This document shows positions 25,200-39,600 of a stretch of DNA of 64,000 nt, piece after piece. Location of the stretch: NCBI GenBank assembly GCA_964016885.1, contig OZ024743.1, positions 166,966,001-167,030,000 on the forward strand. The letters run 5' to 3'. Positions within the stretch are counted from its first letter, which is position 1, and each line of letters opens with the position of its first letter. The notes under the pieces are model-generated. The model was not told the origin of the DNA. It saw only the letters and a list, made by a program, of their open reading frames with translations, and did not search any database. The DNA comes from Eledone cirrhosa (Eukaryota). The position numbers and the translations under genes are program-made.

Positions 25200-27260
25200 T
25201 GCAAATTTAGACGGGAACAGAGAGGCAGACAAATAAAGGTTTATTAGATTCACGCTTTTGAGAGGGAGGGGGGGCTTTTCGGGCATAAGCCCTTCTTCAG
25301 GAGTAAATAGGTTAGGAAGAGAGTTCAGACGGTGTGTGGAAATACATTTAGAAAAAAGGGGGAAGGAGAACAAATAAAAATAAACAAGAATAAACAATAA
25401 GATGGACAAGTGGTGGAAGGGTGTGAGGCGTGTAAGGGTGGTGGTGGGTGGAGTTGGGAGAGGGAGGCGGGGGTCGAAGCGAGGAAGGCTGAAGGTGGTG
25501 TTTGTGTATGTGTGTAGGTGTACGTGGGTGTGTGTGTGTGTGTGTATGTGAGAGTTTGAGGAAGAACGAGGTTCCATGTTCAGGAAAAGGTGTGAGTGTG
25601 GGGTGGGGTTGTAAGTCGGTGTGTGCGTGCGTGTGGAAGGAGAGGGGTCAGGGGGTGGGGGAGGTGACATGTGGATTCCGGAGGTTGTGTATATGTGGCG
25701 GTACGCACGTGTGTTGGTGTTTATATGTGGTGTGGATGTGGGTGGCGTGGTGCGAAAATAAATGTGAGTGTATGTTCGTGGGTAAGGTCCTGAGGTAGTT
25801 CCGTCAGATGTGTGGAGAGTTGCTGGATATTTTTCAAGATATGGAGTGGATGGTTGGAGAGATGACCGAACGTGTAGAATCCAATGTTGGTGGTGGTAGG
25901 AAGTGGAGGGAAGTGGGGGTACGCGCGTAACAGGAAGTGGTCAGAGGGTCAAGACAGGGTGTAGAGATAGCAGTAGAGTGGAATGACAGGTGAAGTGATG
26001 TGAGGACTGTGTGTGTGTCTGTGTGTGCGAAGGTGCGGTGGACAGGTGAGAGGATTGGTAGGTGTGAAGGGTGGAGGGGGAAGGTGGTGAAGTGGGGCGA
26101 TGGGGTGTATATTAGTAGAGGTGTTAGTGGGATGTGTGTGCGTGAAGGGGTGTGGGTGGAGCGGGGAGAGGGAGAGAGAGGGAGAGAGGGAGAGAAGGAG
26201 AGAAGAGGTGTTGGGGACGGAGGAGGGAGTGTAGTGTACTGGTGTGTGTGTGTGTGTGTTTGGATGAGTGTGTGTGTGGTAAAGGGGGTGTTAGTATTAC
26301 ATGTGGTGGGGAAAGGGTGGAAAGTGGGTGTGTAAGTGGGGGTTAGTGGTGGTTGGGTGTGTGGAGTGGGTGGTGTACATAGGTGTGGGTGTGTGGGTGT
26401 GTGATGGTGTGTGTTCGTGTGCGTGGGGTCGGGGGGAGGTTAGTGATGTTATTTGTGGGGTGGTCGGAGTGGGTGTGTGGGTGAGGGTTAGTGGTGGTAG
26501 TAGGGTATGTGGATAGTGTGAGTGCGTGTATATATGTTCAGGTGGGTGGGTGCGTGTTAGGGGGAGGGGTGGGGGTGTTAGTGGGGAAAGGGTGGGCGAT
26601 CGGGTGGTCGGTCAAAGGCTAAAGGAATAGGGGTGGGGAGTTCAGGCTGGGAGGTGTGTGGGTCTGGAGGGTGAAGATGGTGCGTTGTTCGACCGTGAAG
26701 CAGGTGGCAGGTCTTCCATGGCATTGGAAAAGGCCACAGACTGTGAGGATGGAGGGCGGAATGTCCAGGGGAGCGAAAGTGGCGGGCGTTCGGGCAACTC
26801 CCGCTGCGGCGAATATCCCGGAGGTGTCCTGTGAAACGGTCCGCCAGGCGACGTCCAGTCTGTCCAACGTAGGTTGTGCTGCACTTCGTGCAGCGAAGTC
26901 CATAGACTAGGTTGGAGGAGGTGCAGTGGAAGGCGTACCGGACAGAGAGAGAGTGGCCGTTAGGACCATGGAAGGTGGTAGTGTTGGTGATGTGGGGGCA
27001 GGTGTGGCAACAGGGCCTGGAGCAGAGAAGTGAACTGGAGGGGGGGATTGGGGGTAGGGAGCGGTGGTGTTTGTGTATGTGTGTGGGTGTACGTGTGTGC
27101 GTGTGCGTGTGTATGTGAGAGTTTGAGGAAGAACGAGCTTCCGTGTTCAGGAAAAGGTGTGTGTGGGGTGGGGTGTAAGTCGGTGTGTGCGTGCGTGTGG
27201 AAGGAGAGGGGTCAGGGGGTGTTGGAGGTGGCGTGTGGATTCGGAGGTTGTGTGGGGGTA
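25200..27260 (-). mobile_element. 5'-truncated PLE: GIY-YIG domain, long 3' region, direct repeats 25495-25690/27063-27255
   Basis: ORF 26578-27303: FHCTSSNLVYGLRCTKCSTTYVGQTGRRLADRF..HLRDI; partial hammerhead CTGAAGA-gggc..gccc-GAAA on minus strand at ~25275-25301. Confidence 0.85.
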
Positions 27261-27565
27261 CACACACATATATATATATATATATACACATATACAAACA
27301 CATTTAAATAAATACATATACATACATGTTTTTGTGCATAGAACAATAAAAAAAATACAGAGGACAGGTTTAGGTAGAGAGTTAGTTTATTGTTTTATGT
27401 TAGATTCAGAGGGTCAATTCATCGATGGAGATTGATGTACTGACTAGCATGGTAGTGGTTAAGTTACTACCTACTTCTAGTTTTGAAATCACTATTCAAT
27501 GCTTGTTCTTCATTGTACTGTGTTGTTTGCTTTGTTATTTTTGTACATACACACACAAATATATA

Positions 27566-28554
27566 GATCTGGTTCTTATAGCAGAATCAGTAGAGGAGCT
27601 AGAGAATAAATTCTGGCTATGGAAACAGCAGTTGGAAGCAAGAGGACTGAGAGTGAATCTAGCTAAGACAAAAGTGTTGATGAGTAGAAAAGAGGACAAA
27701 ACCCTGATTCCGCCAGGGAAATGGCCATGTTCGATATGCAGAAAAGGAACTGGCATAAATTCTATAAAATGCACACAATGCAGATCCTGGGTACACAAGA
27801 GATGTAACGGGATATCAGGCAAACTAACAGGTAGGGAGAAATATGTATGCAGTAGATGTACAGGGAAATTAGACAGTAGAAGTCGCACTGATAGACACAT
27901 TTTTCAAATGCAAGAGGGCGCTATAGAAGTGGTGGATAGCTTCCGGTACCTAGGAGATCAGATTAGCATGGGAGGAGGGTGTTCCGAGGCCATAGTATCT
28001 AGAATAAGGATGGGTTGGAAGAAGTTTAGGGAGCTGCTTCCTCTGTTGACGAAGAAGGGTTTCTCCCTGCGTACAAAAGGCCGGTTGTATGATGCCTGTG
28101 TGAGGAACGCGATGCTGCATGGTAGTGAGACATGGGCAGCAACTGCAGAGGATATGCGACGGCTGGAGAGAAATGAGGCAGGCATGCTCCGTTGGATGTG
28201 CAGTGTAAATGTGCATGAACGACCCAGCATAAATGTGTTGAGAGAGAAACTGTGTCTGAGAGGGATAGAATGTAGTGTACGGGAGAGGAGACTGAGGTGG
28301 TATGGACATGTGATGCGCATGGAGGATGACCGATGGGTGAAGAAGTGCCAGGAAATGCCAGTTGAAGGAAGACGTGGTAGAGGTAGACCACAAAAAACAT
28401 GGGCGGAGGTGTTGAGAACAGACCTCAGATCATTGAAGCTCACGGTGGAGATGACAAGGGACCGTGACGAGTGGAGAGATGCTGTGCTGAATAAGACCCG
28501 TCCCACCCTTGCAAGCAGGGAAAAGCGGACGTAAAATGATGATGATGATGATGA

Positions 28555-28558
<4 letters not shown>
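27566..28558 (+). mobile_element. 5'-truncated RTE LINE (family A)
   Basis: Open frame from DLVLIAES to the terminal KRT*, followed by (GAT)n; near-identical to 36626-37550. Confidence 0.94.
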
Positions 28559-28593
<35 letters not shown>

Positions 28594-28636
28594 TCAATAT
28601 ATAAATAAATGGAAACTATATTTATAAAACCATAAC

Positions 28637-28701
28637 TATTTTATTATATATATTTCAAGAGCGACCAAGCCAATCTTGGTGCGCTTTCATCAGATAAAAT
28701 A
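28637..28701 (-). ncRNA. Minimal hammerhead ribozyme
   Basis: Minus strand: tattttat-CTGATGA-aagcgcaccaag..cttggtcgctctt-GAAA-TATATA-TA-ataaaata; perfect 8-bp stem I. Confidence 0.8.
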
Positions 28702-29097
28702 CAAAATTTGTTTTATAAATGGTGACATAACCATGGAAAACAACCTTGATGGTTGAAAATTCGCTGGATAAGTTTGTTGGAATCCCAACAAATTAAATAT
28801 AACTTCTACATATATATATATAACAAAGGAATTGTGGTAAGGAACCAGATGTACCATAATGCACCAGAGTACTCAATACTTAGGGTAGTAGAGTGGGAAA
28901 TAGGAAAAAGTATGACCCCGACGGCAGAGCTCAAGCCGTTTCGACGGCTATATATATATATAAATGTAGAAGTTCTATTTAAATTGTTGGGATATAACAA
29001 GCAAATATTTTTATAACTGATATAAAGCACTCAACAAATTATTGGAGTAAAAATACGATATATTAACAAATGGAAACTATATTTATAAAACCATATT

Positions 29098-29162
29098 TAT
29101 TTCATTATACATATTTCAAGGACACCAAGTTAGATTATGGTGTGCTTTCATCAGATAAAATA
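29098..29162 (-). ncRNA. Minimal hammerhead ribozyme (inverted copy on plus strand 34313-34377)
   Basis: tattttat-CTGATGA-aagcacacca..tggtgtcctt-GAAA-TATGTA-TA-atgaaata. Confidence 0.78.
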
Positions 29163-30336
29163 TAATATAGATCAGTTTTATAAATAAATATTGACATACC
29201 CTTAAATAATGCGACCATTTCTGTTGGAAGCTCCCGGATAGTGGGGTTATAACTTTATTTATACTATTATGCAAATTAGTGTCGGATATTTTAAAATCAC
29301 AGTAGATTTAAAATAAGCCGTTGGGGTATGGAGAGAGGGAAAAAGAAAAAAGAAAAAAGAAAAAAGAAAAAAGAAAAAAGAAAAAAGAAAAAAAGAAAAA
29401 AGCAGCTTTAAGAGGAAAATAAGAAAACGAGATAAAGAGAAAGAGAAATAGAAGAAAAAAGAAAAGAGGAAAGAGAAAGCCCTAAGTGATAGGTTGTTGT
29501 ATTAGCATAACTTTTAAGATGAAGTGAAAAAATAAATATTTTTGGATGAGTAAAGTAAATAAGTAAATAAGCGTGAATGGAAAATGAATTTTAACTAGTG
29601 TTTAAATATGATTAAATGTTTAGTTTATCAATTAAATTATTCATCAAATTATTGAGATCTATACATTAAAAGTTGAGATCTATATATTATTAAAAATTTA
29701 TATATTATTAAAACCCATATATTATTAAAAGAATATATTCATATATATACGTACGCACACATACATACACATACATATAAATATACATATATATATATAC
29801 CTACACATATCATACACATAGATAAAGGACTTTTTATGTATAAGATATAGGAATTTTCTTAAACTTATATATTTTTCTGAGAAACCAGAGAAAAAAAAAC
29901 AAAGAAAAAAGCCGGAGAAAAACAGCATAAAGGAAATTAAGTTATTTACCTATATTAAATGTTATAAATGTTAAGATAACAAAGGAAATTTAAGATTATA
30001 GAAACCTTATGTTATAATACAAACCTTATATTATAAATTTTATATTTAGTAAATCCACCTGTTATGTAGTTGTGACTGTTATTATATAAGTTTGTTTATC
30101 ACGAACCTTAAGGAAACCCTTATAATCTAGTGCATTTGAATTGTATGCATATATATATATATACACACAACTCGCACATATATACACAGAGACATAGATA
30201 CACATACAGGTAGATATGCATCATATATATATATATAGAGATTTTGAGTATATGTTGGTTGTATACCAACACCTCAGTATGCAGGCTGGAGCACTCGACG
30301 AAGTGCGCAGGTTGGTTTGGTTACTCCGGAGTAATG

Positions 30337-30726
<390 letters not shown>

Positions 30727-33286
30727 AATGTACAGTACATAGTATAATTGAAGTACATAATATATAAAAAAATACATAATATATAAAATAAAAATACATA
30801 ATATATAAAAAATAAGATAAAAATGAATTATATTACGATTTGGAAATATATTCTTACAATTATAAGCAATATAACTTTAAAGCAATATAATTTTTAAAAA
30901 ATATAATTTTAAAAAATTACAGAATATCAAAAAAGAGAAACTTTCAAAAATAGGAGAAACCTTTCAAAGAAAATATTTTTTCCTTTTAAGAGCTTTCGGT
31001 GTGTTTATCTAGAAAAATTTACTAGGAAAAAATGTTTATATTTGAGAGTTTAAGCAATCAAATGAAGGAATCTAATGATTTATCGATAGGCTATCGATAT
31101 TGATAGAATTAATTATATATTACATTTTAAATTTATATTTAAACGTTGAGTTCAATCTATGTCTGCAGCAACTGAATAAGTTGCTCCTTAGGTTCAGGGA
31201 ATTTTTGGTCTTTAATATAAAGAATATTTCTTCTATACAAAGATCACAATTTTCTGAAGAGGAATTAAAAGGAGTAGCTTTTGAAATAATATTCCAAAGT
31301 AACGAATATTTAACATTCTTTAATTTGAGGTCCCATAATAAGCTAGATAGAGAAGTTGAAATTTTTTTGTTTAAATGCATAAAAGAGCTTTTATGGTTAT
31401 TAAAACAGGATTTAAAATCTGTGGAAGTAGATCCTACATAATTAAATGAATTTAAATTAATTATTACATTACAATTATATACTATATTTTTAGCTAAGCA
31501 ATTGTTATTTAACGGACAATTAGATTTATTCCTACAGTTACATTTATCAAATTGGATATTGCTGGGGTTATTAGTGGTATTTTGGTTAGGTTTTAAATTT
31601 CTATTATTAATTCTATTAATATTCTGCGCTAAATTTTTGGTGGATGAATAAGTTAATTTTATAGTATGTCTATTAAAAATTGAGTAATATCTATGTGTTC
31701 TAGGGAAGCATTTGTCAAGAGCTTTAAAAAATAGTTTAGCAATAGGGGTTTTAATATTTAATGAGAAAGGAGGAGCGAACCATAATATATTCCTAGTCCT
31801 ATTTCTTTTTTTGTTTTCCAAATTATTGTAAGGTTTTCTATTATAGTTGTTAAAATTGTTAGGATTATGGTTAGTTGTTATATTATTATTATCAATGTAT
31901 TTAATTTTATTTCTATACCCTGCTCTACCTAACGTTTCATTATAATAATGTGCTTTATCATCAAATATATTCTTATTAGCTGAAATTCTAGAAATGCGTT
32001 GCTGTACAGAATTTACTATAGTATTTTTAACGGATCTGGGGTGATTAGAGTTAAAATTAACGTAGTTTAAGTTCTCGTTTAGTTTGTGAAAAGGATAATG
32101 AAGACATGTGTTAAGGTTTAATGTTACATCTAGAAAATTAACTATTTTATGGTTATTCTACTTTTAGATTAAGGTAATTAAAAAATTGTATAATTTTTTT
32201 TCTTTTCTTATTTAATTCACAGTTATTATTTTCGATAAGTAAAATCATGTCATCACGATATAAACCTCCGGTCATCTCAGGTATTTTTCTATGTAGAGAA
32301 TTATTTATAAAGAGGCCCACAAGATCCGTTACCTGAGTGGAATCGGATGATCCCATAGTGATATCGAAATTATTGTTTCTATCTGCTCTAGTCCAGAGTT
32401 GGTAGTTAAATTCTATTAATGTTTTCCGTGCCGTTAAGATAATGTGCATTTCATTACTAGTTAAGTCTGTATGTTTAAATGCATATGTTAGTGCTTTGTT
32501 AAGTAGATTAGGAGTGATGGATGAGTAATAATTAGCAATATCCTATTGAATAAACTTATTATTATAGTTATATTTAATTTCCTTAAACCATTTGATAACT
32601 TCATTAGTTCCTTTCCATAATTTTAAATAAGATAATTCATTAATTTGTGGTATTATTCTGTCTAAAATATTCTTGCTAAGTATGCCAAGGTCCGATTTAG
32701 ATGGTGCTATTAATCTGACTGGTAATTCAGTTTCAAAGTTCCTTTTATGGTCCTTCATATTAATTTTAGGTTTCCTTGGCATGAAGGGTTGTGTCCTATT
32801 TTCAATGCCTAATTCATGCATTATATAAGAGGCATCTGTATTCAATTTTTCAAGGTCGTCATAAGTTGTTATTTTGTATTTCTTCCTTAATTCCTTTAAT
32901 ATAAGATCGTTATAGATGTCCTTTTGTATTCCGTAAAGATTATTGGTTTTGTCTGACTTGACTAGAATTTTTTCCGTTTTCTCCAAGTTTTCAATATTAT
33001 TTTTGATATTTCTTAGGTAATCCTGGCCTTTGAAGTTGTTTTTGAATTTGATGCTTTGGATAATAGATATGATTTCACTTTCAAAATCCATTAGTAGTTT
33101 GTTGGGAGGTGGATTTTTTTTAGATTTGAAGATTTTATCAAGATTGGAAACATTCTCATTTACATCAGATTTATCAAAGTGGAAAGCACGCCACCTGATT
33201 CTTCTTATAAAAGAGTCTGATTTTTCTATTAATTGTTTAATATCTACCTGTATGTGTATCTATGTCTATGATATATATGTGCGAGT

Positions 33287-33319
<33 letters not shown>

Positions 33320-34430
33320 GCATACAATTCAAATGCACTAGATTATAAGGGTTTCCTTAAGGTTCGTGATAAACAAACTTATATAATAACAGTCACAACT
33401 ACATAACAGGTGGATTTACTAAATATAAAATTTATAATATAAGGTTTGTATTATAACATAAGGTTTCTATAATCTTAAATTTCCTTTGTTATCTTGACAT
33501 TTATAACATTTAATATAGGTAAATAACTTAATTTCCTTCACGCTGTTTTGCTATTACATAGAAATGTTTTTCTCCGGCTTTTTTTCTCTGGTTTTCTTTT
33601 CTCTGGTTTCTCAGAAAAATATATAAGTTTAAGAAAATTCCTATATCTTATATATAAAAAGTCCTTTATCTATGTGTATATGTGTAGGTATATATATATA
33701 TATGTATATTTATATGTATGTATGTGTGCGTACGTATATATATGAATATATTCTTTTAAAAATATATGGGTTTTAATAATATATAGATTTTTAATAATAT
33801 ATAGATCTCAACTTTTAATGTATAGATCTCAATAATTTGATGAATAATTTAATTGATAAACTAAACATTTAATCATATTTAAACACTGGTTAAAATTCAT
33901 TTTCCATTCACGAGTATTTTCCATTCACGCTTATTTACTTATTTACTTTACTCATTCAAAAATATTTATTTTTTCACTTCATCTTAAAAGTTATGCTAAT
34001 ACAACAACCTATCACTTAGGGCTTTCTCTTTCCTCTTTTCTTTTTTCTTCTATTTCTCTCTTTCTCTTTTTCTCGTTTTCTTATTTTCCTCTTAAAGCTG
34101 CTTTTTTTTCCTTTTTTTCTTTTTTTTTTCTCTTTCCCTCTCTCCATACACCAACGACTTATTTTAAATCTACTGTGATTTTAAAATATCCGACACTAAT
34201 TTGCATAATAGTATAAATAAAGTTATAACCCCACTATCCGGGAGCTTCCAACAGAAATGGTCGCATTCTTTAAGGGTATGTCAATATTTATTTATAAAAC
34301 TGATCTATATTATATTTTATCTGATGAAAGCACACCATAATCTAACATGGTCTCCTTGAAATATGTATAATGAAATAAATATGGTTTTATAAATATAGTT
34401 TCCATTTGTTAATATATCGTATATATATAT

Positions 34431-34465
<35 letters not shown>

Positions 34466-34480
34466 AATATATATATAAAT

Positions 34481-34529
<49 letters not shown>

Positions 34530-35009
34530 TATATAAATATATATATATATAAATATATCTGGGTGTCAAGACAACTCTATGACTACATCACATTAAATAT
34601 TAAAGTCTATATATAAATATATATCAACTAGAAATTGATTGACATATATATATATTTAAAATAAACACATGAAATAATCACAGGGGATAATTTGTAAAGT
34701 GTGTAAGCACACACAGCTAGGTAGGTAACTAATTAAAGTTTAACTAGAACTTCGAATATTACCTTTTAAAAATGATTAATCTTCCTTGTATATATTTCAC
34801 CATTAATCTGTAAACTCACAGTAGTTAAATCCCGGATCTTCAGCAGGGGAGATTTAACTATTTGTGTTTACACATCCAATACAAATCTGCGAATGACCCG
34901 TCACACGTGTTGCATTTTTAAAACTACACACATCATGCCAGCATCATCCCAGTGGCGTGAATAGGGTTATCAAAAGCTAGAAATAGCAGCCGAGTCCTTT
35001 CAACTGAGT

Positions 35010-35354
35010 TAGCTCTACATAGGGTTAACGTCCAATAGATTCAAGCAGCGTCTTTACATGCATACCCTTTCTTTTCTTAACCCTTTAAGAAGGAATATGA
35101 CGTCACTTTCAGCTTATATCTGGAGTCTAAAAGACAACCACACCCAATATAAGTTACACTGGGAGATCCTAGCTAAGGCTAGATCGTATAACGGAAATAA
35201 AAGACCATGTGACCGCTGCGCCACTGAAGCCCTGGAAATACTCTACGCCAAAGACCACATCTTAAACAAAAAATCTGAGGCAATTTCGGCTTGTAAACAT
35301 AAATTGCACAAAACTTTCCTGTATTACAGCCCCACATTATACCCTAACGGATAG
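35010..35354 (+). mobile_element. PLE GIY-YIG C-terminal fragment (Naiad-like)
   Basis: YIGLTSNRFKQRLYMH...TSLSAYIWSLKD...WEILAKA...CDRCATE...LNKKSE...CKH. Confidence 0.85.
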
Positions 35355-36039
35355 TACAATCTATACGCTGATAATTTACGTCTTGATGTGGTATATGTTA
35401 TGTTTATACCATTACTTATTTGTATAGGTAAATATATATTATCTGTATGTTTTGTGAAGGTACGTATACTTTCTCGTACGTATATTTGCCTGTATATGTT
35501 ATAGGTGTATATATTATATATACTGGTACATGTGTATATGGTTATGTGTATACGTGAGTTTTGCGTCTGTGAGAGTATGCGGGTTCGTACGTATGTAGGG
35601 TGTGTGTATATGTGTACTTTGTGTTTTGGTTGACGTACGTTTAGCGAACATATGTGTATTTACATGTAGGTATGTGTGTGTGTGCGCTATATACGTATTT
35701 ATGTGTGTATATTTATATACGTTTATATAATTATATGTATACACGCACACACACACACACATATTTTTTTTTTTCATATATATTATTATGTGTATACGTT
35801 CGTATGTGTGCGGGTACAGGCGTTGCGTGGGTTCTGTATGTGCGTGTGTGTTTTTGTGTACGTGCTTGTATTTGCATACCCATCGCGTATGCATGTGTAT
35901 GTACGTATTTGGACGCGTGCATGTATATATTTAATTTTTGTTTATTTCAATTACCTCTGTAATTTATTTACATTATTCTTAACTCTGAAGCGGAGAATCA
36001 TCGGTTTCCTAAATAGAATTATACCATAAATGTGGTTTT

Positions 36040-36276
36040 GTCTTTGCGTGTATTTGTTTTCACCGCCCCAAATAATGACGTATTATCTTCGTTTTTTCCG
36101 TTCTTTGCCAGGGAACGTTTCCACAAACCAAAGTATCATCTTCCTGTCTTCTTTCGGTTGCAACGTTTTTCGAAATATTTAATTCTGCGTTCACAGATTG
36201 ATTTTTTTAGTTTCAGAAGATCCCGTTAAGAGTGAAAGCAGCGATTCTTTGCTTAAACTTTAATCTGTTATTTTCA
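36040..36276 (+). repeat. Fragment homologous (inverted) to Helitron internal sequence 16365-16570
   Basis: aagtatcatcttcctg..tttcggttgcaacgtttttcgaaatattt..cagaagatcccgttaag shared. Confidence 0.7.
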
Positions 36277-36382
36277 TAAATATTTGCTCTACGGCTCCCA
36301 AACAAGCATGGGCGCACTTGTTGAGAATGGAGCTCCCATTGAACGCTACCGCCAAGTGTGAATTTCACGCAGTTATTATATA

Positions 36383-36558
36383 CGAGGGCAATCCCAAAAG
36401 TAAGGTCTCCTTCAGAAGGAAAACATGCGTAAAGATCGGCGGATCACTCTGGATCTCTCTGCATTTTGGTTCCTGAGGTTTCCCGAAGCACCATCCACAG
36501 GATTTTAATGGAAAAGTTGCAATATCAGAAGGAGACCTTACTTTTGGGATTGCCCTCG
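36383..36558 (+). mobile_element. Miniature mariner element (176 bp)
   Basis: TIRs cgagggcaatcccaaaagtaaggtctccttc; TA on both sides; transposase HTH remnant RKDRRITL..VSRSTIHRIL.EKL. Confidence 0.9.
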
Positions 36559-36604
36559 TATATATATATATATATATATATATATGGAGACACGATATAT
36601 ATAT

Positions 36605-39600
36605 ATCATCATCATCATCATCATTTTACGTCCGCTTTTCCCTGCTTGCAAGGGTGGGACGGGTCTTATTCAGCACAGCATCTCTCCACTCGTCACGGTC
36701 CCTCGTCATCTCCACCGTGAGCTTCAATGATCTGAGGTCTGTTCTCACCACCTCTGTCCATGTTTTTCGTGGTCTACCTCTACCACGTCTTCCTTCAACT
36801 GGCATTTCCTGGCACTTCTTCACCCATCGGTCATCCTCCATGCGCATCACATGTCCATACCACCTCAGTCTCCTCTCCTGTACACTACATTCTATCCCTC
36901 TCAGACACAGTGTCTCTCTCAACACATTTATGCTGGGTCGTTCACGCACATTTACACTGCACATCCAATGGAGCATGCTTGCCTCATTTCTCTCCAGCCG
37001 TCGCATATCCTCTGCAGTTGCTGCCCATGTCTCACTACCATGCAGCATCGCGCTCCTCACACAGGCATCATACAACCGGCCTTTCGTACGCAGGGAGAAA
37101 CCCTTCTTCGTCAACAGAGGAAGCAGCTCCCTAAATTTCTTCCAACCCGTCCTTATTCTAGATACTATGGCCTCGGAACACCCTCCTCCCATGCTAATCT
37201 GATCTCCTAGGTACCGGAAGCTATCCACCACTTCTATAGCGCCCTCTTGCATTTGAAAAATGTGTCTATCAGTGCGACTTCTACTGTCTAATTTCCCTGT
37301 ATATCTACTGCATATATATTTCTCCCTACCTGTTAGTTTGCCTGCTATCCCGCTACATCTCTTGTGTACCCAGGATCTGCATTGTGTGCATTTTATAGAA
37401 TTTATGCCAGTTCCTTTTCTGCATATCGAACATGGCCATTTCCCTGACGGAATCAGGGTTTTGTCCTCTTTTCTACTCATCAACTGCTGTTTCCATAGCC
37501 AGAATTTATTCTCTAGCTCCTCTACTGATTCTGCTATAAGAACCAGATCGTCAGCATAGAGAAGTTCCCATGGACAGCCAGTCTTAAACTCCTCTGTTAT
37601 GGCTTGGAGGACTATAATGAACAAGAGCGGGCTGAGGACCGAACCCTGATGTACTCCTACTTGTATCTGGAATTCTTCACTAAACTCCATTCCTACCCTC
37701 ACTTTACTGAGAGTACCTCTGTACAAAGTTTGCACTGTCCTCACAAGCCATTCCTCAACACCTAGCTTCCTTAGGGACCACCAGATGACAGATCGGAGTA
37801 CCCTATCAAAGGCCTTCTCTAGGTCAACAAAGGCTCAGTATAGTGGCTTATTCTTCTCTAAGAACCTCTCTTGCAATTGTCTCACCAAGAAGAGGGCATC
37901 TGTTGTACTCTTCCCAGGCACAAAACCAAACTGCATCTCATCTAGTTTGACCCTTTCTCTAATTAGTTGTGCTAAAATCCTTTCTGCCACTTTCATAACC
38001 TGATCTATCAGTTTCATACCCCTATAATTGCTCCTCTCCAAAGCATCCTCTTTACCCTTGTAGCAATTTATGAGAATACTGCTGCACCAGTCTTTGGGTA
38101 TGACACCACCATATATAGCCTGATTGATGATGCATGCAACCAGTTTAGTGCCTACGTCCCCTGATGCCTTCAGCATCTCAGCAACTATTCCCGATGGTCC
38201 GGACGCCTTACCATTTTTCATTTCCCTAATCGCCTCTTGGACCCTATATTCGTCAATCTCAATAGCGGGTCCCTCTGTCGGATCTACCAAGGGTAATTTC
38301 TCTCTCTCCCATTCGTTCTCCACATTCATCAGTCTCTCATAATGACATTTCCAGGCCTCCTTTTTCTGATCATTCGTGACACTAAGTACACCGGCATCAT
38401 CCCGGACACATTTATCTCCAACAACATCCTGATTTGCATTGACACACTGCCTTGCAATGTGGAACACCGCACGCCTCTGATCTTCCCGTCGCAGAACATT
38501 GGCAAACCTCCTACTCTCTGCCTCCCTGCGTGCTAAGTACACCTGACGTCTAGCTTCTCTCTTAGTGGCTGTATATTCTTCCCTACTCCCACCCTTTTTC
38601 CAAGCCTTCCATGCTAGTCTTTTGTCTCTAATAGCCTTATCTACTGTGCTGTTCCACCACCAGGTCACTCTCTGTCTGGTTGGAGCTCTGCTCCAGCCAC
38701 AGGTTTCATCAATAGCCTGCAGCAAGTTGTCACGTAAGAAATTCCAGTTATTATCTATGTCATATGTCTCTAAATCGTCTTCTTTTTCGTCATACACATC
38801 TTGAAGGGCTTTCCTAAATTTGTATTTTAGTGAAAGGTCTTTTAGCTTCCAGACCTTTCTTCTCCACACCTTCCTATATGTCTCATTCCATCTCTTGCTT
38901 ACTGAGATATCACTAACAACTAACCTATGCTGTGGGGTACATTCTTCCCCAGGGTATGCCTTGGTATTAGACACTATCTGCCTGTCCCGCTGCCTAACTA
39001 GAAAGAAGTCAATCTGGCTTATGTGCTCACCAGATTTGTAGGTTATTAGGTGATTGGCAAGTTTCTGGAAGTTTGTGTTGCAAATAGTCAATGTACTCGC
39101 ATCACAAAATTCAAGAAGTCTCACTCCTTCTTTATTTCTTGAACCGTAACCATGCCCACCATGTACCCCAGTGTAACCATCCTGGAGCTGTCCAACATGA
39201 CCATTGAAGTCTCCTGCTAGCATAACGATGTCTCCATCCTCTGTCATTGCGGTTGTTTGCAAAAGTTGCTCATAAAAGCAGTCTTTCTCATCTTTACCTA
39301 GGCCTGCTTGGGGAGCATAGACCGAGATGATTGTCAGTAGTCTCCTACCTACAACTAATCTAAGCTTAATTATTCTATTACTAACTCGAACTACCTCAAT
39401 TGTCTTATCGATCCATCTCTCAGCCAGGAAAATGCCTACTCCCCCTAACCCATCATCCTTACCTACCCAGAATAGCTTATAGCTAAGACGCTTGCCTACG
39501 ACTAGTCTCGCAGAGGCACCTCTCCATCTCACCTCTTGCACGCAGCACACATCCACCTGCCTTCTCTCCAGCATCTCCGCTATTTCAGCAGATCTACCTC

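Noticed and set aside
27425-27565. Hydrophobic N-terminal extension on the RTE ORF suggesting a fusion protein
   Set aside because: Fortuitous open frame in flanking DNA upstream of a 5'-truncated insertion
31120-33240. Selenoprotein-type Naiad (in-frame UGA recoding)
   Set aside because: Conserved Cys positions are Cys codons and the interrupting stops seen are TAG/TAA
37835-37837. TGA as programmed readthrough or Sec
   Set aside because: Falls at a Leu position (LYLAF in the other RTE families); simple mutation is more likely
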